Notes: generated by a model from the sequence alone, not told the origin. A stretch of DNA of 64,000 nt from Acidimicrobiia bacterium (GCA_018057765.1 JAGPDB010000004.1:12691-76690); one strand, 5' to 3'. Shown: positions 37,545 to 47,645, numbered from the stretch's first letter. Program-made: numbers and translations.

Positions 37545-39545
37545 ATGTCCGACAATATACAATCCGGTGACGCAGAATTTAACTCACCAAATACAACAAC
37601 AGAGAAAATATTAGAAACTCAAGTACCTAGACGACGTCGCAGAACAACACTCACAACGAGCGAAGATGACAACGACAGAGCTTTTACCAATGAAGATATA
37701 GCTGCTGAAGCAAAAATAGAAGCAATAGATGAATCAATTGCTGGTTCAGAGCCGCAAGCTCAATCAAAGGCTAAAAGTACTGAGGCTAAAATATCAAGAA
37801 GAAGACGTACATCAGCGCCAGATACAGCTACTGAATCGGAAGAAATAAAGCCGAAAGTAATTCCAAAGCCAACAATAGGTTCAAGTATTCCACCGTCTTT
37901 CGTTAACCAAGTTAATGCTGATATAAAAGATCGTGAAACTAAGAAAAATTCTGCAAACGAGAAAACATCTCGTAAAAGAACACAAAAAGATGTTACGAAA
38001 AAGGAATCTTCGAGATCTCACAAAAAATTGCGGTCAGATTCCCCAAGAAGTGAATCAAATTTATCTTATATTGAAGCTGATTTAGGCGATGATGATGCAG
38101 TAAAACTAGATAAAAAAACTCTAAAAGCTCGCCGTGGGCAATCTCGTAAGGGTAAACCAACGGGACGTTATACAATGTATGCTCATGTTGACAAAAAAGG
38201 TAATACACAATTAGCTATAACCGAAGGAAGAATTCTTACCGAGCACTATGTAGCTAGACCTGATATTGACGAAACTACATCAATTGATGGAAACATATAT
38301 TTAGGAAAGGTACAAAATGTTTTACCTGGAATGGAAGCTGCCTTTGTAGATATTGGTACCCCAAAAAATGCAGTACTTTATCGTGCGGATTTAGTATTAG
38401 ATGAAGAACATGGTGGCGATTCTGATGGCGAACAGCATTCAAGAGGTCGTTCACATTCAAGATCGAATAATTCTTCAATTCGTATAGAAAATATCTTAAA
38501 AAATAATCAGATGACTATGGTTCAAGTAACGAAGAACCCTATTATGCATAAAGGAGCAAGGTTAACTCAAGAAGTTTCATTAGCTGGTAGATTCGTTGTA
38601 CTTATACCCAACCAGCCAACAACATATGGAATTTCAAAACGATTGCCTGACGATGAAAGAAGAAGGCTTCGAAGAATATTAGATGCTATTCGTCCAGATG
38701 ATGCTGGTTTAATTGTGCGAACAGCTGCAGAAGGCGCGACTGACGATGAACTTCGACGTGACATGCTGAGATTAGTTGATCAATGGTCACAAATTAAAGA
38801 ATTAAGTGTACGCGCTGCTAAATCAAAAAAACCTACTTTATTATATAAAGAACCTGATTTAGTTATGCGAATGATACGTGAAGAATTCAATCGTGAATAT
38901 CGAGCAATAGTTGTTGATAATGAAGAATTACACAATGAAATTAAAAAATATGTTGAAGCAATTATGCCTGAGCTTACAGAACGAGTCGAATTTTATCAAG
39001 ACAAAAAGAAATTAGAATTATTTGAACGATATCATATAACTGAACAATTGGTAAAAGGTCTTGATCGTAAGGTTTGGTTACCAAGTGGTGGCTCATTAAT
39101 CATTGAACGCACAGAGGCTCTTACAGTAATCGATGTTAATACCGGAAAAAATGTTGGTACTACCAATCTAGAAGAAACCGTATTTGATAATAATATTGAA
39201 GCGGCACATGAGATCGCTCATCAATTAAGACTCAGAGACATCGGCGGAATCATAGTAATTGACTTCATCGATATGGAGATAGAAAAAAATCGAATTAAAT
39301 TGACTGAAACTTTACGTGAAGCATTAGCAAGAGATAAGACACGTACTCAAGTCTTTGAAGTTACAGAACTTGGGTTAGTTCAAATGACTCGCAAGCGTTT
39401 AAGCGAAGGTATGGTAGAAAGTTTTACCTATGAGTGTCAAACTTGTGGTGGTCGTGGTTTCGTTATTGAAGACGAGATGGTTGGTGGGTACTCACCCGAG
39501 CAACTACTTTTAGATAGTAAATCAATGGCTCAACCTAAAGCCTAG
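37545..39545 (+). CDS. rne: Ribonuclease E/G family endoribonuclease with Arg/Lys/Ser-rich disordered N-terminal extension
   Basis: 666 aa. The extension has Arg-rich segments (PRRRRRT, SRRRRTS). The S1 domain includes IYLGKVQNVLPGMEAAFVDIG. The catalytic motifs are VIDVNTGK and IIVIDFIDM, and the Zn-link is CQTCGGRG. Confidence 0.9.
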   Translation: MSDNIQSGDAEFNSPNTTTEKILETQVPRRRRRTTLTTSEDDNDRAFTNEDIAAEAKIEAIDESIAGSEPQAQSKAKSTEAKISRRRRTSAPDTATESEEIKPKVIPKPTIGSSIPPSFVNQVNADIKDRETKKNSANEKTSRKRTQKDVTKKESSRSHKKLRSDSPRSESNLSYIEADLGDDDAVKLDKKTLKARRGQSRKGKPTGRYTMYAHVDKKGNTQLAITEGRILTEHYVARPDIDETTSIDGNIYLGKVQNVLPGMEAAFVDIGTPKNAVLYRADLVLDEEHGGDSDGEQHSRGRSHSRSNNSSIRIENILKNNQMTMVQVTKNPIMHKGARLTQEVSLAGRFVVLIPNQPTTYGISKRLPDDERRRLRRILDAIRPDDAGLIVRTAAEGATDDELRRDMLRLVDQWSQIKELSVRAAKSKKPTLLYKEPDLVMRMIREEFNREYRAIVVDNEELHNEIKKYVEAIMPELTERVEFYQDKKKLELFERYHITEQLVKGLDRKVWLPSGGSLIIERTEALTVIDVNTGKNVGTTNLEETVFDNNIEAAHEIAHQLRLRDIGGIIVIDFIDMEIEKNRIKLTETLREALARDKTRTQVFEVTELGLVQMTRKRLSEGMVESFTYECQTCGGRGFVIEDEMVGGYSPEQLLLDSKSMAQPKA

Positions 39546-39697
39546 AATCACACAAATTAATATTTGGACAACTTTGGACAATGTATTCTGTCCATATTGC
39601 CTTAAATGCGTAATTTATAGACAATTTCTTCATATTTTTACTTGAGTTTCACTCAAATTGTTTCGATAACCTATAGATCAATAATCGGAGGTAATCA

Positions 39698-41632
39698 ATG
39701 TATAAAATTAAAAAACTAGGTGCTGTACTGACTGTATTAAGTGCAATCGCATATATTGTTTTTAGAGCTAGTACTCTTACTTCGTCTGGATCATTATTTA
39801 ATGTAGTCTCTTTCGCGATAGAAACTACCTGTGCTTTAGCATTCGCAACTGAAGCAATTTTGCTTAGCGTAATAATGCCAACTAAGAAATTTCATTCAAG
39901 CGAAGACGAAATTATGCAGTCAGCATCTAGATTATTGTCGTCAAACACAACTGCGTCTAATTCAATTATAGGTGGTACTTCGGACACAAAAATTGGTGTG
40001 ACACAAGAGACTACAATTTCAAAATATATTGAGGAAGCTGATGTAGTTGTTTTTGTAGAGACAGCAACACCAGCTGATCTAAGAAGAAATTTCTTATCCT
40101 TAGAAGGTATTGAAGGTATTCATTCTGTTTTCGTAATTGATCCAACTCAATCAAGTTCCACAAAAGAATTATGTAAAGAATTTAGCCATGAGCTAATAAC
40201 AAATTTTTCTCAAACTGCAATTAATACTTCAACATATTTAGTATGTCGAGGTGTCGATATAATTTATCCAGATGTTCTGAACATCGCAAGACATTATGAT
40301 TTTAAAGGTAAGGCATGGCTTGAATTGCGAAGTGTTTATTCTGACGAACACGTATTTGGTGGTAAGAGTGAAGTAGTTATTGATGATAAGAGACAAATGA
40401 TCCGTGAATCTTTAAGTTCACGCTCACTAGCTCCATGGTCTACAGGTCCAGCCATAGTTGGAGTCGACAAGCTGGAATCATTTTCAAAAGTAACTCGTGC
40501 TCAAGATTTTTTCAACATTTGTGAAAAGAATTCGATTCATGGTGTAATTACTGAAGAAATCGCTTCTGAAGAACTATCACATGAACAAACATTCTCTGAG
40601 ATTTTGTGGAGAAACCTCGAAATGTCATATTTAGTAAAATCTTTTGGCGCTAAATATTCAAAATCTTCACAAAGAATATTAGGTACATTTATAAAAATAT
40701 TTTCATTCTTTTCGGTTACAAGTATTTTAAGGCGCCTTGCTTTATTAAGTGCAACTATTTATATTGTGCTTGTACCAAAAACAATTGAATATGTGGATTC
40801 GACATATGTCGCAATCTCTGCTGTTCTACTATGTCTTGCAGTCTTTGGTTCTTATATGGCTGGTGATAGAAGACCTTTCGTATTTAGAGTTAGAGAATTT
40901 TATTTTGATATCGAGGCAGTACTTTGGAATTTTTATAAAAAAACAATATTGAAAATGGATTACAAGAAAATGGTTAACCTGACAAAAAGAATGCCGGCAG
41001 TGTCCACATTGTTAATAGCAGCAGACGCAGCAATTGTGTATAGGGTTTATAGAGAATCAAATTTATTGCCAGGTGCTGGAGTGACAACCATTTCAAGAAA
41101 TATAACTATGATTGCTGGGTATGCGCTTATTGTCTCTCTACTTTTTGGACTCTCAATGGTTGTTGTTACTCAAATGCGAAAATCGATACGTCGTGAAGTT
41201 TCGCGAGGAGCTGTAGTAAACGAAGAGCCTGTTTCAATGGTAGACCTATCACCAGGAGGGGCTGGCATCATTTCTTCTGTGGCCTATAAAGTCGGAGAAC
41301 ATGTTAAATTTAAATCAAAATTATCTTCTCTAAATAATGAGCCGCTTGAATGCTCTGCAACAGTTCGGTCATGCTTTGAGAAAACTGGTAATTATAGAGT
41401 TGGTATAGAGTTTGATGAATTGATACAAGACCAAATTGATGAGTTAGAGACCTATTGCTTGGTGACGTATCCGCATTCATTGGCTCGCAATACTGATGGA
41501 GTCAGGGAAAGAAACGATTCATCTACCTCTAAAGTTGTTGGTAAGTCACAACGTAGAGCACTTGCATATGCATGTTCATTTGTTGCTTTAGGATCAGTGT
41601 TTTACTCGAATATCAGCCATTGGATTAAATAG
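39698..41632 (+). CDS. BcsA-like membrane protein: TMs + degenerate GT2-like cytoplasmic domain + TMs + C-terminal PilZ domain
   Basis: 644 aa. The PilZ signatures are intact right after a TM helix: RKSIR (RxxxR) and DLSPGG (DxSxxG), then GNYRVGIEFDEL. The central domain keeps GT2-like spacing (VVVFVETATP, VFVIDP, ITEE, ILWRN) but lacks clear DxD, TED and QxxRW motifs. Confidence 0.6.
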   Translation: MYKIKKLGAVLTVLSAIAYIVFRASTLTSSGSLFNVVSFAIETTCALAFATEAILLSVIMPTKKFHSSEDEIMQSASRLLSSNTTASNSIIGGTSDTKIGVTQETTISKYIEEADVVVFVETATPADLRRNFLSLEGIEGIHSVFVIDPTQSSSTKELCKEFSHELITNFSQTAINTSTYLVCRGVDIIYPDVLNIARHYDFKGKAWLELRSVYSDEHVFGGKSEVVIDDKRQMIRESLSSRSLAPWSTGPAIVGVDKLESFSKVTRAQDFFNICEKNSIHGVITEEIASEELSHEQTFSEILWRNLEMSYLVKSFGAKYSKSSQRILGTFIKIFSFFSVTSILRRLALLSATIYIVLVPKTIEYVDSTYVAISAVLLCLAVFGSYMAGDRRPFVFRVREFYFDIEAVLWNFYKKTILKMDYKKMVNLTKRMPAVSTLLIAADAAIVYRVYRESNLLPGAGVTTISRNITMIAGYALIVSLLFGLSMVVVTQMRKSIRREVSRGAVVNEEPVSMVDLSPGGAGIISSVAYKVGEHVKFKSKLSSLNNEPLECSATVRSCFEKTGNYRVGIEFDELIQDQIDELETYCLVTYPHSLARNTDGVRERNDSSTSKVVGKSQRRALAYACSFVALGSVFYSNISHWIK

Positions 41633-41733
41633 AATACTTATATTTCATAACATTCCAAAGCTAAGTGCCTCTTCATTTGGAATTCCACCTTTGATTTCTA
41701 GTAGTATTTATAGTTCCTCGGAGGAGATTTTTA

Positions 41734-42033
41734 ATGTATGCAATCATAAATACTGGCGGTAAGCAATATAAGGTAGAACAAGGCGATGAAATCGTTGTTG
41801 AGCGAATCCATAATGAAGAAAACGCTGTAAGACCAATAATGATAGTTGACGGAAAAACAGTAATCAGTGCTAAATCAGCGCTTGAAAAAGCAAAAATTGG
41901 CTTTTCTATTATTGGTGATACAACTGGAAAAAAGATCGATGGTTTTAACTATAAGTCAAAAGCCAACCAACGTAAACGATATGGCCATCGCCAAAAGTAT
42001 CACGTTATTAAAATCGATAAGATCACTGCATAA
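41734..42033 (+). CDS. rplU: 50S ribosomal protein L21
   Basis: Begins MYAIINTGGKQYKVEQGD. 99 aa, upstream of rpmA. Confidence 0.93.
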   Translation: MYAIINTGGKQYKVEQGDEIVVERIHNEENAVRPIMIVDGKTVISAKSALEKAKIGFSIIGDTTGKKIDGFNYKSKANQRKRYGHRQKYHVIKIDKITA

Positions 42034-42068
42034 CAGTAGATTCAACAAATTTATAGTCTGGAGAGATA

Positions 42069-42368
42069 ATGTCAAAGAAAAAAGGTGCTGGTTCCGTTAA
42101 GAACGGTCGCGATTCGAATGCACAACGATTAGGTGTAAAACTTTTTGGTGGAATGTTAGCTAAGGGTGGATCTATAATTGTCCGTCAACGTGGAACTAAG
42201 TTTCATCCTGGTCGTAATGTTGGTATTGGTAAAGACGATACTTTGTTTGCAAAAGCTGAAGGATTGGTTAGCTTTACAGAACGTAAAGGTAAAAAGACTG
42301 TAGACGTTATTCTTGTTGAAGATAATTCGGATGTAAAAACCAAAGCAAAATCTGACGCAAACGCATAA
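42069..42368 (+). CDS. rpmA: 50S ribosomal protein L27
   Basis: Begins [24 protein letters not shown]. 99 aa with a short charged C-terminal extension. Confidence 0.93.
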   Translation: MSKKKGAGSVKNGRDSNAQRLGVKLFGGMLAKGGSIIVRQRGTKFHPGRNVGIGKDDTLFAKAEGLVSFTERKGKKTVDVILVEDNSDVKTKAKSDANA

Positions 42369-42374
42369 ATAATC

Positions 42375-43613
42375 TTGAGCGAGTTTGTTGATAGCGTTCA
42401 GCTAAATGTCCATGCCGGAAAAGGTGGCAATGGCGCTATGTCATTTCGTCGAGAAGCACATGTCCCTGAAGGTGGTCCTGACGGTGGCGATGGTGGTAAT
42501 GGTGGCAGTATAATAATCCAGGCCGATCACGGATGTGTTTCACTTTTTCCATATAGAGATCATCCTCATGTTAAAGCAAAAAATGGTGGTAATGGTGCCG
42601 GCAAAAAAATGCACGGTAAAACTGGCGAAGATACAATTGTTAAAGTTCCACAAGGTTCAATTGTTACCACTTTTGAAGGTGAACCTCTTGCTGACCTGAT
42701 CAATCATGGCGATAAAATTATTATTGCTAGGGGTGGTCGAGGTGGTAAAGGTAATGCACGGTTTAAAAATAACACCACTAAGGCTCCCGCTTTTTCGGAA
42801 AAAGGAGAAGATGGCGATGAGTTCTGGTTAAATCTTGAATTAAAATTAATGGCAGATGTAGCCCTAGTTGGTTTTCCTAATTCTGGAAAGTCGACTTTAA
42901 TTTCTAGTATATCTGCGGCTAAACCAAAAATAGCCGATTATCCTTTCACGACTTTGGTGCCTAATCTCGGAGTAGTCAAACATGGTAGCCATAATTTTAT
43001 TGTTGCAGACATTCCTGGTCTTATTGAAGGTGCCAGCGAGGGCAAAGGTTTAGGCTTTCAATTTCTAAAACATATAGAGCGTGCGCGCATTTTAGTTATA
43101 CTTCTAGATTTAGCAGCTGTTGATGGAGTTGAACCACTAGAGCAAGAAGAAAAATTGCTTTTTGAGTTAGAGAATTATCGTCCAGAACTACTTGAACGAC
43201 CTCGACTTGTAATCGGCTCAAAATCTGATGTTGCTGGGTTTGATTATGATGGTATTAAAATTTCGGGTGTAACTCGTGATGGACTAGATAATTTTCTAAA
43301 TATTTTGGGTTCCATGGTTGAAAAAGCACGTGAAGATGTACCTATTAGTGAAAGTTATGTTGTACACACACCAGTAGCACAGGGTTTTCGGGTTGAACGT
43401 GAGGGTGATAAAGAATTTCGGATAGTTGGCAAATCTATTGAAAGAATTATTTCTATGCATGATTTGTCAAATGAAGAAGCATTGAGTTACATACAACAAA
43501 AATTTGTTAAAATGGGAGTTGAGAAAGCAATACGACGGGCAGGTGTCGGAATCGGTGATATTGTTCGTGTTGGAAATTTTGAATTTGAGTACTCCGAAGG
43601 GGAACTTTTGTGA
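42375..43613 (+). CDS. obg: GTPase Obg/CgtA
   Basis: 412 aa with a TTG start. The Gly-rich Obg fold includes FVDSVQLNVHAGKGGNGAMSFRRE. G1 is GFPNSGKST and G3 is DIPGLIEGA. Confidence 0.92.
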   Translation: MSEFVDSVQLNVHAGKGGNGAMSFRREAHVPEGGPDGGDGGNGGSIIIQADHGCVSLFPYRDHPHVKAKNGGNGAGKKMHGKTGEDTIVKVPQGSIVTTFEGEPLADLINHGDKIIIARGGRGGKGNARFKNNTTKAPAFSEKGEDGDEFWLNLELKLMADVALVGFPNSGKSTLISSISAAKPKIADYPFTTLVPNLGVVKHGSHNFIVADIPGLIEGASEGKGLGFQFLKHIERARILVILLDLAAVDGVEPLEQEEKLLFELENYRPELLERPRLVIGSKSDVAGFDYDGIKISGVTRDGLDNFLNILGSMVEKAREDVPISESYVVHTPVAQGFRVEREGDKEFRIVGKSIERIISMHDLSNEEALSYIQQKFVKMGVEKAIRRAGVGIGDIVRVGNFEFEYSEGELL

Positions 43614-44518
43614 ACGAACTAGAAAAGCCACTTATCGTCATTAAAATTGGTTCTTCTTCGATAGTCAAACACGAGGGTAACAATACTGATATTGATTTAA
43701 ATAAAATTTCTGGATTGTGTAAATCTATTAATGAATTGAGAGATAGTGGTCACAGAGTCATATTGGTTTCATCTGGAGCCGTAGCTGCTGGTACTCACAT
43801 AGTTGGAATAGAAAGACCCAAGAGTAATGATTTAAAAGGTTTGGCTGCCTGTGCTGCTATAGGTCAACCACAACTGATGACTTTATATTCTAAATTCGCT
43901 AAAGAATTAGGCTTTATCTTTGCGCAAGTTTTATTAACAAGATCCGATTTTCATGACCAGGATGCTCTTGACTATTTGGAAAGAACTTTTGAATCACTTT
44001 TTGAACTCGGTGTTGTCCCACTGGTAAATGAGAATGATGTCGTTAGCAATAGAGAGTTAAATTTTGGTGATAATGATGGTATTTCTGCATTAATCACAAT
44101 CTTGTTAAAAGCAGATAAATTCGTTTTATTAACTGACCAGGAAGGTCTGTTAGATAAAGACCCGAACGAACATGATGATGCAAAATTAATTGAAGATATA
44201 GACGTTTATCTGCCTTCAATGGTTGATCAACATGCTTCGATGAGCGAGTATGGCAGTGGTGGTCACGGTACTAAAGTTGCAGCAAGCGATTTGGCAACTT
44301 ACGCTTGTGCGGATTTAGTGGCCCATATTGCAAATTCAAAAAAAGCAGATTCGATAGTAAATATTCTTAATAGCACCGAAAAGTCTACACGTATTAAAGC
44401 GAAAAATACTGGATTATTATCACCTATTGAGGCATATGAAATATTTGGTGAACTTGAAAAAGGCCGACAAGAAGGTCGCCCATATATTTCTGTTGCTGAT
44501 TTAGTTAATCAAAAGTGA
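43610..44518 (+). CDS. proB: Glutamate 5-kinase, short form (no recognisable PUA domain)
   Basis: 302 aa with IVIKIGSSSIV, VILVSSGAVAAG and GDNDGISA. It overlaps obg by 4 nt. Only about 40 aa follow the kinase domain. Confidence 0.85.
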   Translation: MNELEKPLIVIKIGSSSIVKHEGNNTDIDLNKISGLCKSINELRDSGHRVILVSSGAVAAGTHIVGIERPKSNDLKGLAACAAIGQPQLMTLYSKFAKELGFIFAQVLLTRSDFHDQDALDYLERTFESLFELGVVPLVNENDVVSNRELNFGDNDGISALITILLKADKFVLLTDQEGLLDKDPNEHDDAKLIEDIDVYLPSMVDQHASMSEYGSGGHGTKVAASDLATYACADLVAHIANSKKADSIVNILNSTEKSTRIKAKNTGLLSPIEAYEIFGELEKGRQEGRPYISVADLVNQK

Positions 44519-44692
44519 TAGTCGCGATAAGTTTGATAGTCGTCATTTTGAGTTTATTCGGAGTCATAGTGACCGAAGTCAAAGGGTGTTCAACAAATTA
44601 TATTTCGAAATACTTGCAATTAGCCAGAATCTCTACAATGATGCGAGTAGAATTTTTTCTAATATAATATTTAATAACAGGAGATATATAAA

Positions 44693-44947
44693 ATGCCAAA
44701 ATACGATCGGACAACTTTACTCAAAGATCTAACTTCTGATTCTCCAGCCGCTGTAAAAAAATTGCTTCGTACTAGCGATATCGCATTATTGTTCCAAGTA
44801 TCCGAAAGAACAGTTGCGGAGTGGGCAAGACGTGGAAGAATACCTAGTGTTCGTACACCTGGAGGCCATCGTCGTTATCCTAGTGAACAAATTGTTAGTT
44901 TGCTTCGTGAGGCTGAATTAGCTGGAGAAGGTTCTTCAAATAACTAA
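44693..44947 (+). CDS. Small MerR/excisionase-type HTH DNA-binding protein, BldC-like
   Basis: 84 aa. LLRTSDIALLFQVSERTVAEWARRGRIPSVRTPGGHRRYP closely parallels the Streptomyces BldC core (TV..WA..G.L....T.GGHRRY). Confidence 0.7.
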   Translation: MPKYDRTTLLKDLTSDSPAAVKKLLRTSDIALLFQVSERTVAEWARRGRIPSVRTPGGHRRYPSEQIVSLLREAELAGEGSSNN

Positions 44948-45101
44948 TTCAAAAATAATTTATTACATGAATGCCTAAATATAAATATAAATTCTTCCTA
45001 TTCGTATTATTCGTTTAAAAGAAATTTTTCTTTCTCTAAACTGAAAAAGATGCTTTACGCTACCATTTTTATAGCCGATAATAATATGGAGAGGAGTTTT
45101 C

Positions 45102-45689
45102 ATGAAGAGAATTTTTAGTAAATTATTTGGTGTAGGTGTAATTGTCCTTGGACTTTTTACAGCAGTTTTTGTGTGGAAAAAAAATACTGAATCAAGTGAA
45201 GTCAATTTCGTAGATGAGCTAGTTTCTAGTGTTTCGGGTTTACGTGAATGGAATAGTGCGTTATCTCGAGAAATTGTACGATCTCATAGAGATGCAAGAG
45301 ATGTGTGCGTAGCTGTTGTAAGTGTTGAGTCCTCTGTTGAAAGAATAAATAGTGAATGGTTAAGAGATGTTGAAGTTGAATTCGTGAAATCAGTCCGTGG
45401 ATCAGATCTACTCGCACATAATAGCAATGGTGAATTCTATTTATTATTTCCTGAAGCAGGCTTAGATGAAGGTTATGAAGCTATCGAGCGCATGAAAGGG
45501 TCTTTACCACAAGACACCATCATTAATGCTTCAGTGGCAGTTTGGGATCATTGTGAAACTGCTAGTGAATTAATGTCAAGATCTATAAATACTCTGCAGT
45601 CGGAAAAAAAGAATGTTTCTTCAAAGATTATTGTTAGTGAAGCACCTGTTAATGTAGCTCCGGTCACAGTTAAATCAAAAATCATGTAA
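45102..45689 (+). CDS. Membrane-anchored degenerate GGDEF-domain protein (A-site SNGEF, I-site RGSD retained)
   Basis: 195 aa. It has an N-terminal TM (LFGVGVIVLGLFTAVFVW). The pattern GLREWNSALSREI...VCVAVVSVES...VRGSDLLAHNSNGEFYLLFPE aligns with the GGDEF fold, with RxxD exactly 5 residues before the GGDEF position. Confidence 0.6.
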   Translation: MKRIFSKLFGVGVIVLGLFTAVFVWKKNTESSEVNFVDELVSSVSGLREWNSALSREIVRSHRDARDVCVAVVSVESSVERINSEWLRDVEVEFVKSVRGSDLLAHNSNGEFYLLFPEAGLDEGYEAIERMKGSLPQDTIINASVAVWDHCETASELMSRSINTLQSEKKNVSSKIIVSEAPVNVAPVTVKSKIM

Positions 45690-45699
45690 TAATATATAG

Positions 45700-46974
45700 A
45701 TGAATTTAGAAAAGAAGTTTGAATCTGCTAAAAATGCATCTTTAGTGATGCGTAGTATCGATTCTTTAAAAAAGATTGAGTTGATTAAATCAGTCGTTGA
45801 CCACGTCGGCAAACATTCAGATAAAATTATTTCTACTAATCGAATTGAATGTGAGAATGCTAAAAAAAATGGTTTAACAGACTCACAAATAGACAGACTA
45901 TTTCTTGACCAGCAAAGAATTGATGCAATGATGCTAGCAGGTAGGAATGTTGCAGAATTAGATGATCCAGTTGGAGAAGTTTTAGAAACATTTTTTGGTG
46001 CTAAAAATATTGAGATAAAAAAAGTTCGAGTGCCTATGGGTCTTGTTGCAGTAATTTATGAAAATCGACCTAATGTCACATTAGATGCCGTGTGTATTGC
46101 TTTAAAAAGTTCAAATGCGGTTATTCTAAGAGGATCTTCTAGTGCACATGAAACAAATACAGAAATAATTCTTGCAATTAAAGAAGGTATCAGTGCTATT
46201 GGTTTAGATGAAAATATTGTTTCATTTATCGACGACCCTTCTCATGAGAGTGCGATTGCATTAATGCAAGCAAAGGGTTATGTCGATGTACTTATACCCA
46301 GGGGCGGTCCTTCTCTGATTAACTCTATTGAAACTAATGCAACGGTACCTTACGTCATTGACGGTGCTGGTAATTGCCATGTATACGTCGATTCAAAAGC
46401 TGATATATCTATGGCATTAGATATTGTTATTAATTCAAAAACACAACGTACAAGCGTTTGTAATGCATGTGAATCTTTAGTCGTTCATAATGATATTGCA
46501 CAGGAATTTATTCCAATGATTGTCGATAATCTTTTTGAAGCTGGTGTATTGATCCATGGTGATAAAAAATCGTGCGATATTATTTCTGAATGTTCTGAAC
46601 AGGCTATGGGAGCTACAGGTTCATTGATATTAGCAACTGAAGAAGATTTTGCGAAAGAGTATTTGGGTTTAGAGATATCAATTATCGTTGTCGAAAGTCT
46701 CAGTGATGCAATCGAACATATAAACAAGAATTCAACTGGTCATACAGAATCTATTGTTACAAGTGATTTATCAAATGCACAACAGTTTATGAATGGTATT
46801 GAATCTGCTGTGGTAATGCATAATACCTCAACACGTTTTACCGATGGTGAACGTTTTGGTTTTGGTGCAGAGATAGGAAATTCAACTCAAAAACTACATG
46901 CTCGTGGACCTATGGCTTTAAAAGAATTAACTACTTATCAATATAGAGTTAGTTCTAATGGTGAAACGGTATAA
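45700..46974 (+). CDS. proA: Gamma-glutamyl phosphate reductase
   Basis: 424 aa in the aldehyde-dehydrogenase fold. Contains VIYENRPNVT, RGSS, the catalytic-Cys region QRTSVCNACESLVVH, and STRFTDG. Confidence 0.9.
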   Translation: MNLEKKFESAKNASLVMRSIDSLKKIELIKSVVDHVGKHSDKIISTNRIECENAKKNGLTDSQIDRLFLDQQRIDAMMLAGRNVAELDDPVGEVLETFFGAKNIEIKKVRVPMGLVAVIYENRPNVTLDAVCIALKSSNAVILRGSSSAHETNTEIILAIKEGISAIGLDENIVSFIDDPSHESAIALMQAKGYVDVLIPRGGPSLINSIETNATVPYVIDGAGNCHVYVDSKADISMALDIVINSKTQRTSVCNACESLVVHNDIAQEFIPMIVDNLFEAGVLIHGDKKSCDIISECSEQAMGATGSLILATEEDFAKEYLGLEISIIVVESLSDAIEHINKNSTGHTESIVTSDLSNAQQFMNGIESAVVMHNTSTRFTDGERFGFGAEIGNSTQKLHARGPMALKELTTYQYRVSSNGETV

Positions 46975-47063
46975 AGGTGATTTTGACCAATCCATAGAAA
47001 TATCAATGTTATCAGCATTTAAATTGGTTAGCCAATAATTTGATTAAGAACTAGAATTAGTTT

Positions 47064-47588
47064 ATGAGAATTGGTATATATGGAGGTACTTTCGATCCTA
47101 TACATTTTGCTCACCTACATGCAATCGCTTATGCGTTCGAAAACGCAAAACTAGATTTATGTCGTGTGATCGTGGCGCGGGACCCTTGGCAGAAACCAGA
47201 AGTCAAAGCTGACGCACAAAAACGATTCAGATGGACTCAACTTGGTGTCGAAGAATTTTTTCCCGATAATAAAAATATTATTGTTGATGATTGTGAAATA
47301 AAAAGAGATGGGAATACATACACAATAGATACAATAAATGAATTGAAACATAAGTATCCTAATGACGATTTAGTTTTAATTGTTGGTGATGATATTCCAG
47401 AAAATTTTAATACTTGGAAGGATCATGACCAGATAATAAAATTGTGTGAATTATTTATAGTGTCAAAATCTATAATGCCAATTTCTTCAACTTATATAAG
47501 AAAACAATTATTAGAAGGCAAGACAGTACGCGCTTTAATACCTAAGAGCATAGAAAATGATATTATATTAAATAATTTCTACACATAA
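47064..47588 (+). CDS. nadD: Nicotinate-nucleotide adenylyltransferase (short form)
   Basis: 174 aa. Begins MRIGIYGGTFDPIHFAHL (HxGH-type nucleotidyltransferase motif) and carries ISSTYIR near the C-terminus. Confidence 0.85.
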   Translation: MRIGIYGGTFDPIHFAHLHAIAYAFENAKLDLCRVIVARDPWQKPEVKADAQKRFRWTQLGVEEFFPDNKNIIVDDCEIKRDGNTYTIDTINELKHKYPNDDLVLIVGDDIPENFNTWKDHDQIIKLCELFIVSKSIMPISSTYIRKQLLEGKTVRALIPKSIENDIILNNFYT

Positions 47589-47645
47589 GTATTCAAGTAG
47601 CCGATAATATTGATATATTAGTTACAAATTTTAGAGGAGTAAATA

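Noticed and set aside
37396-37614. 72-aa ORF upstream of and overlapping rne
   Set aside because: It has no SD and overlaps the well-supported rne start by 70 nt in another frame. Its composition is typical of random AT-rich ORFs. I treated the region as part of the rne leader instead.
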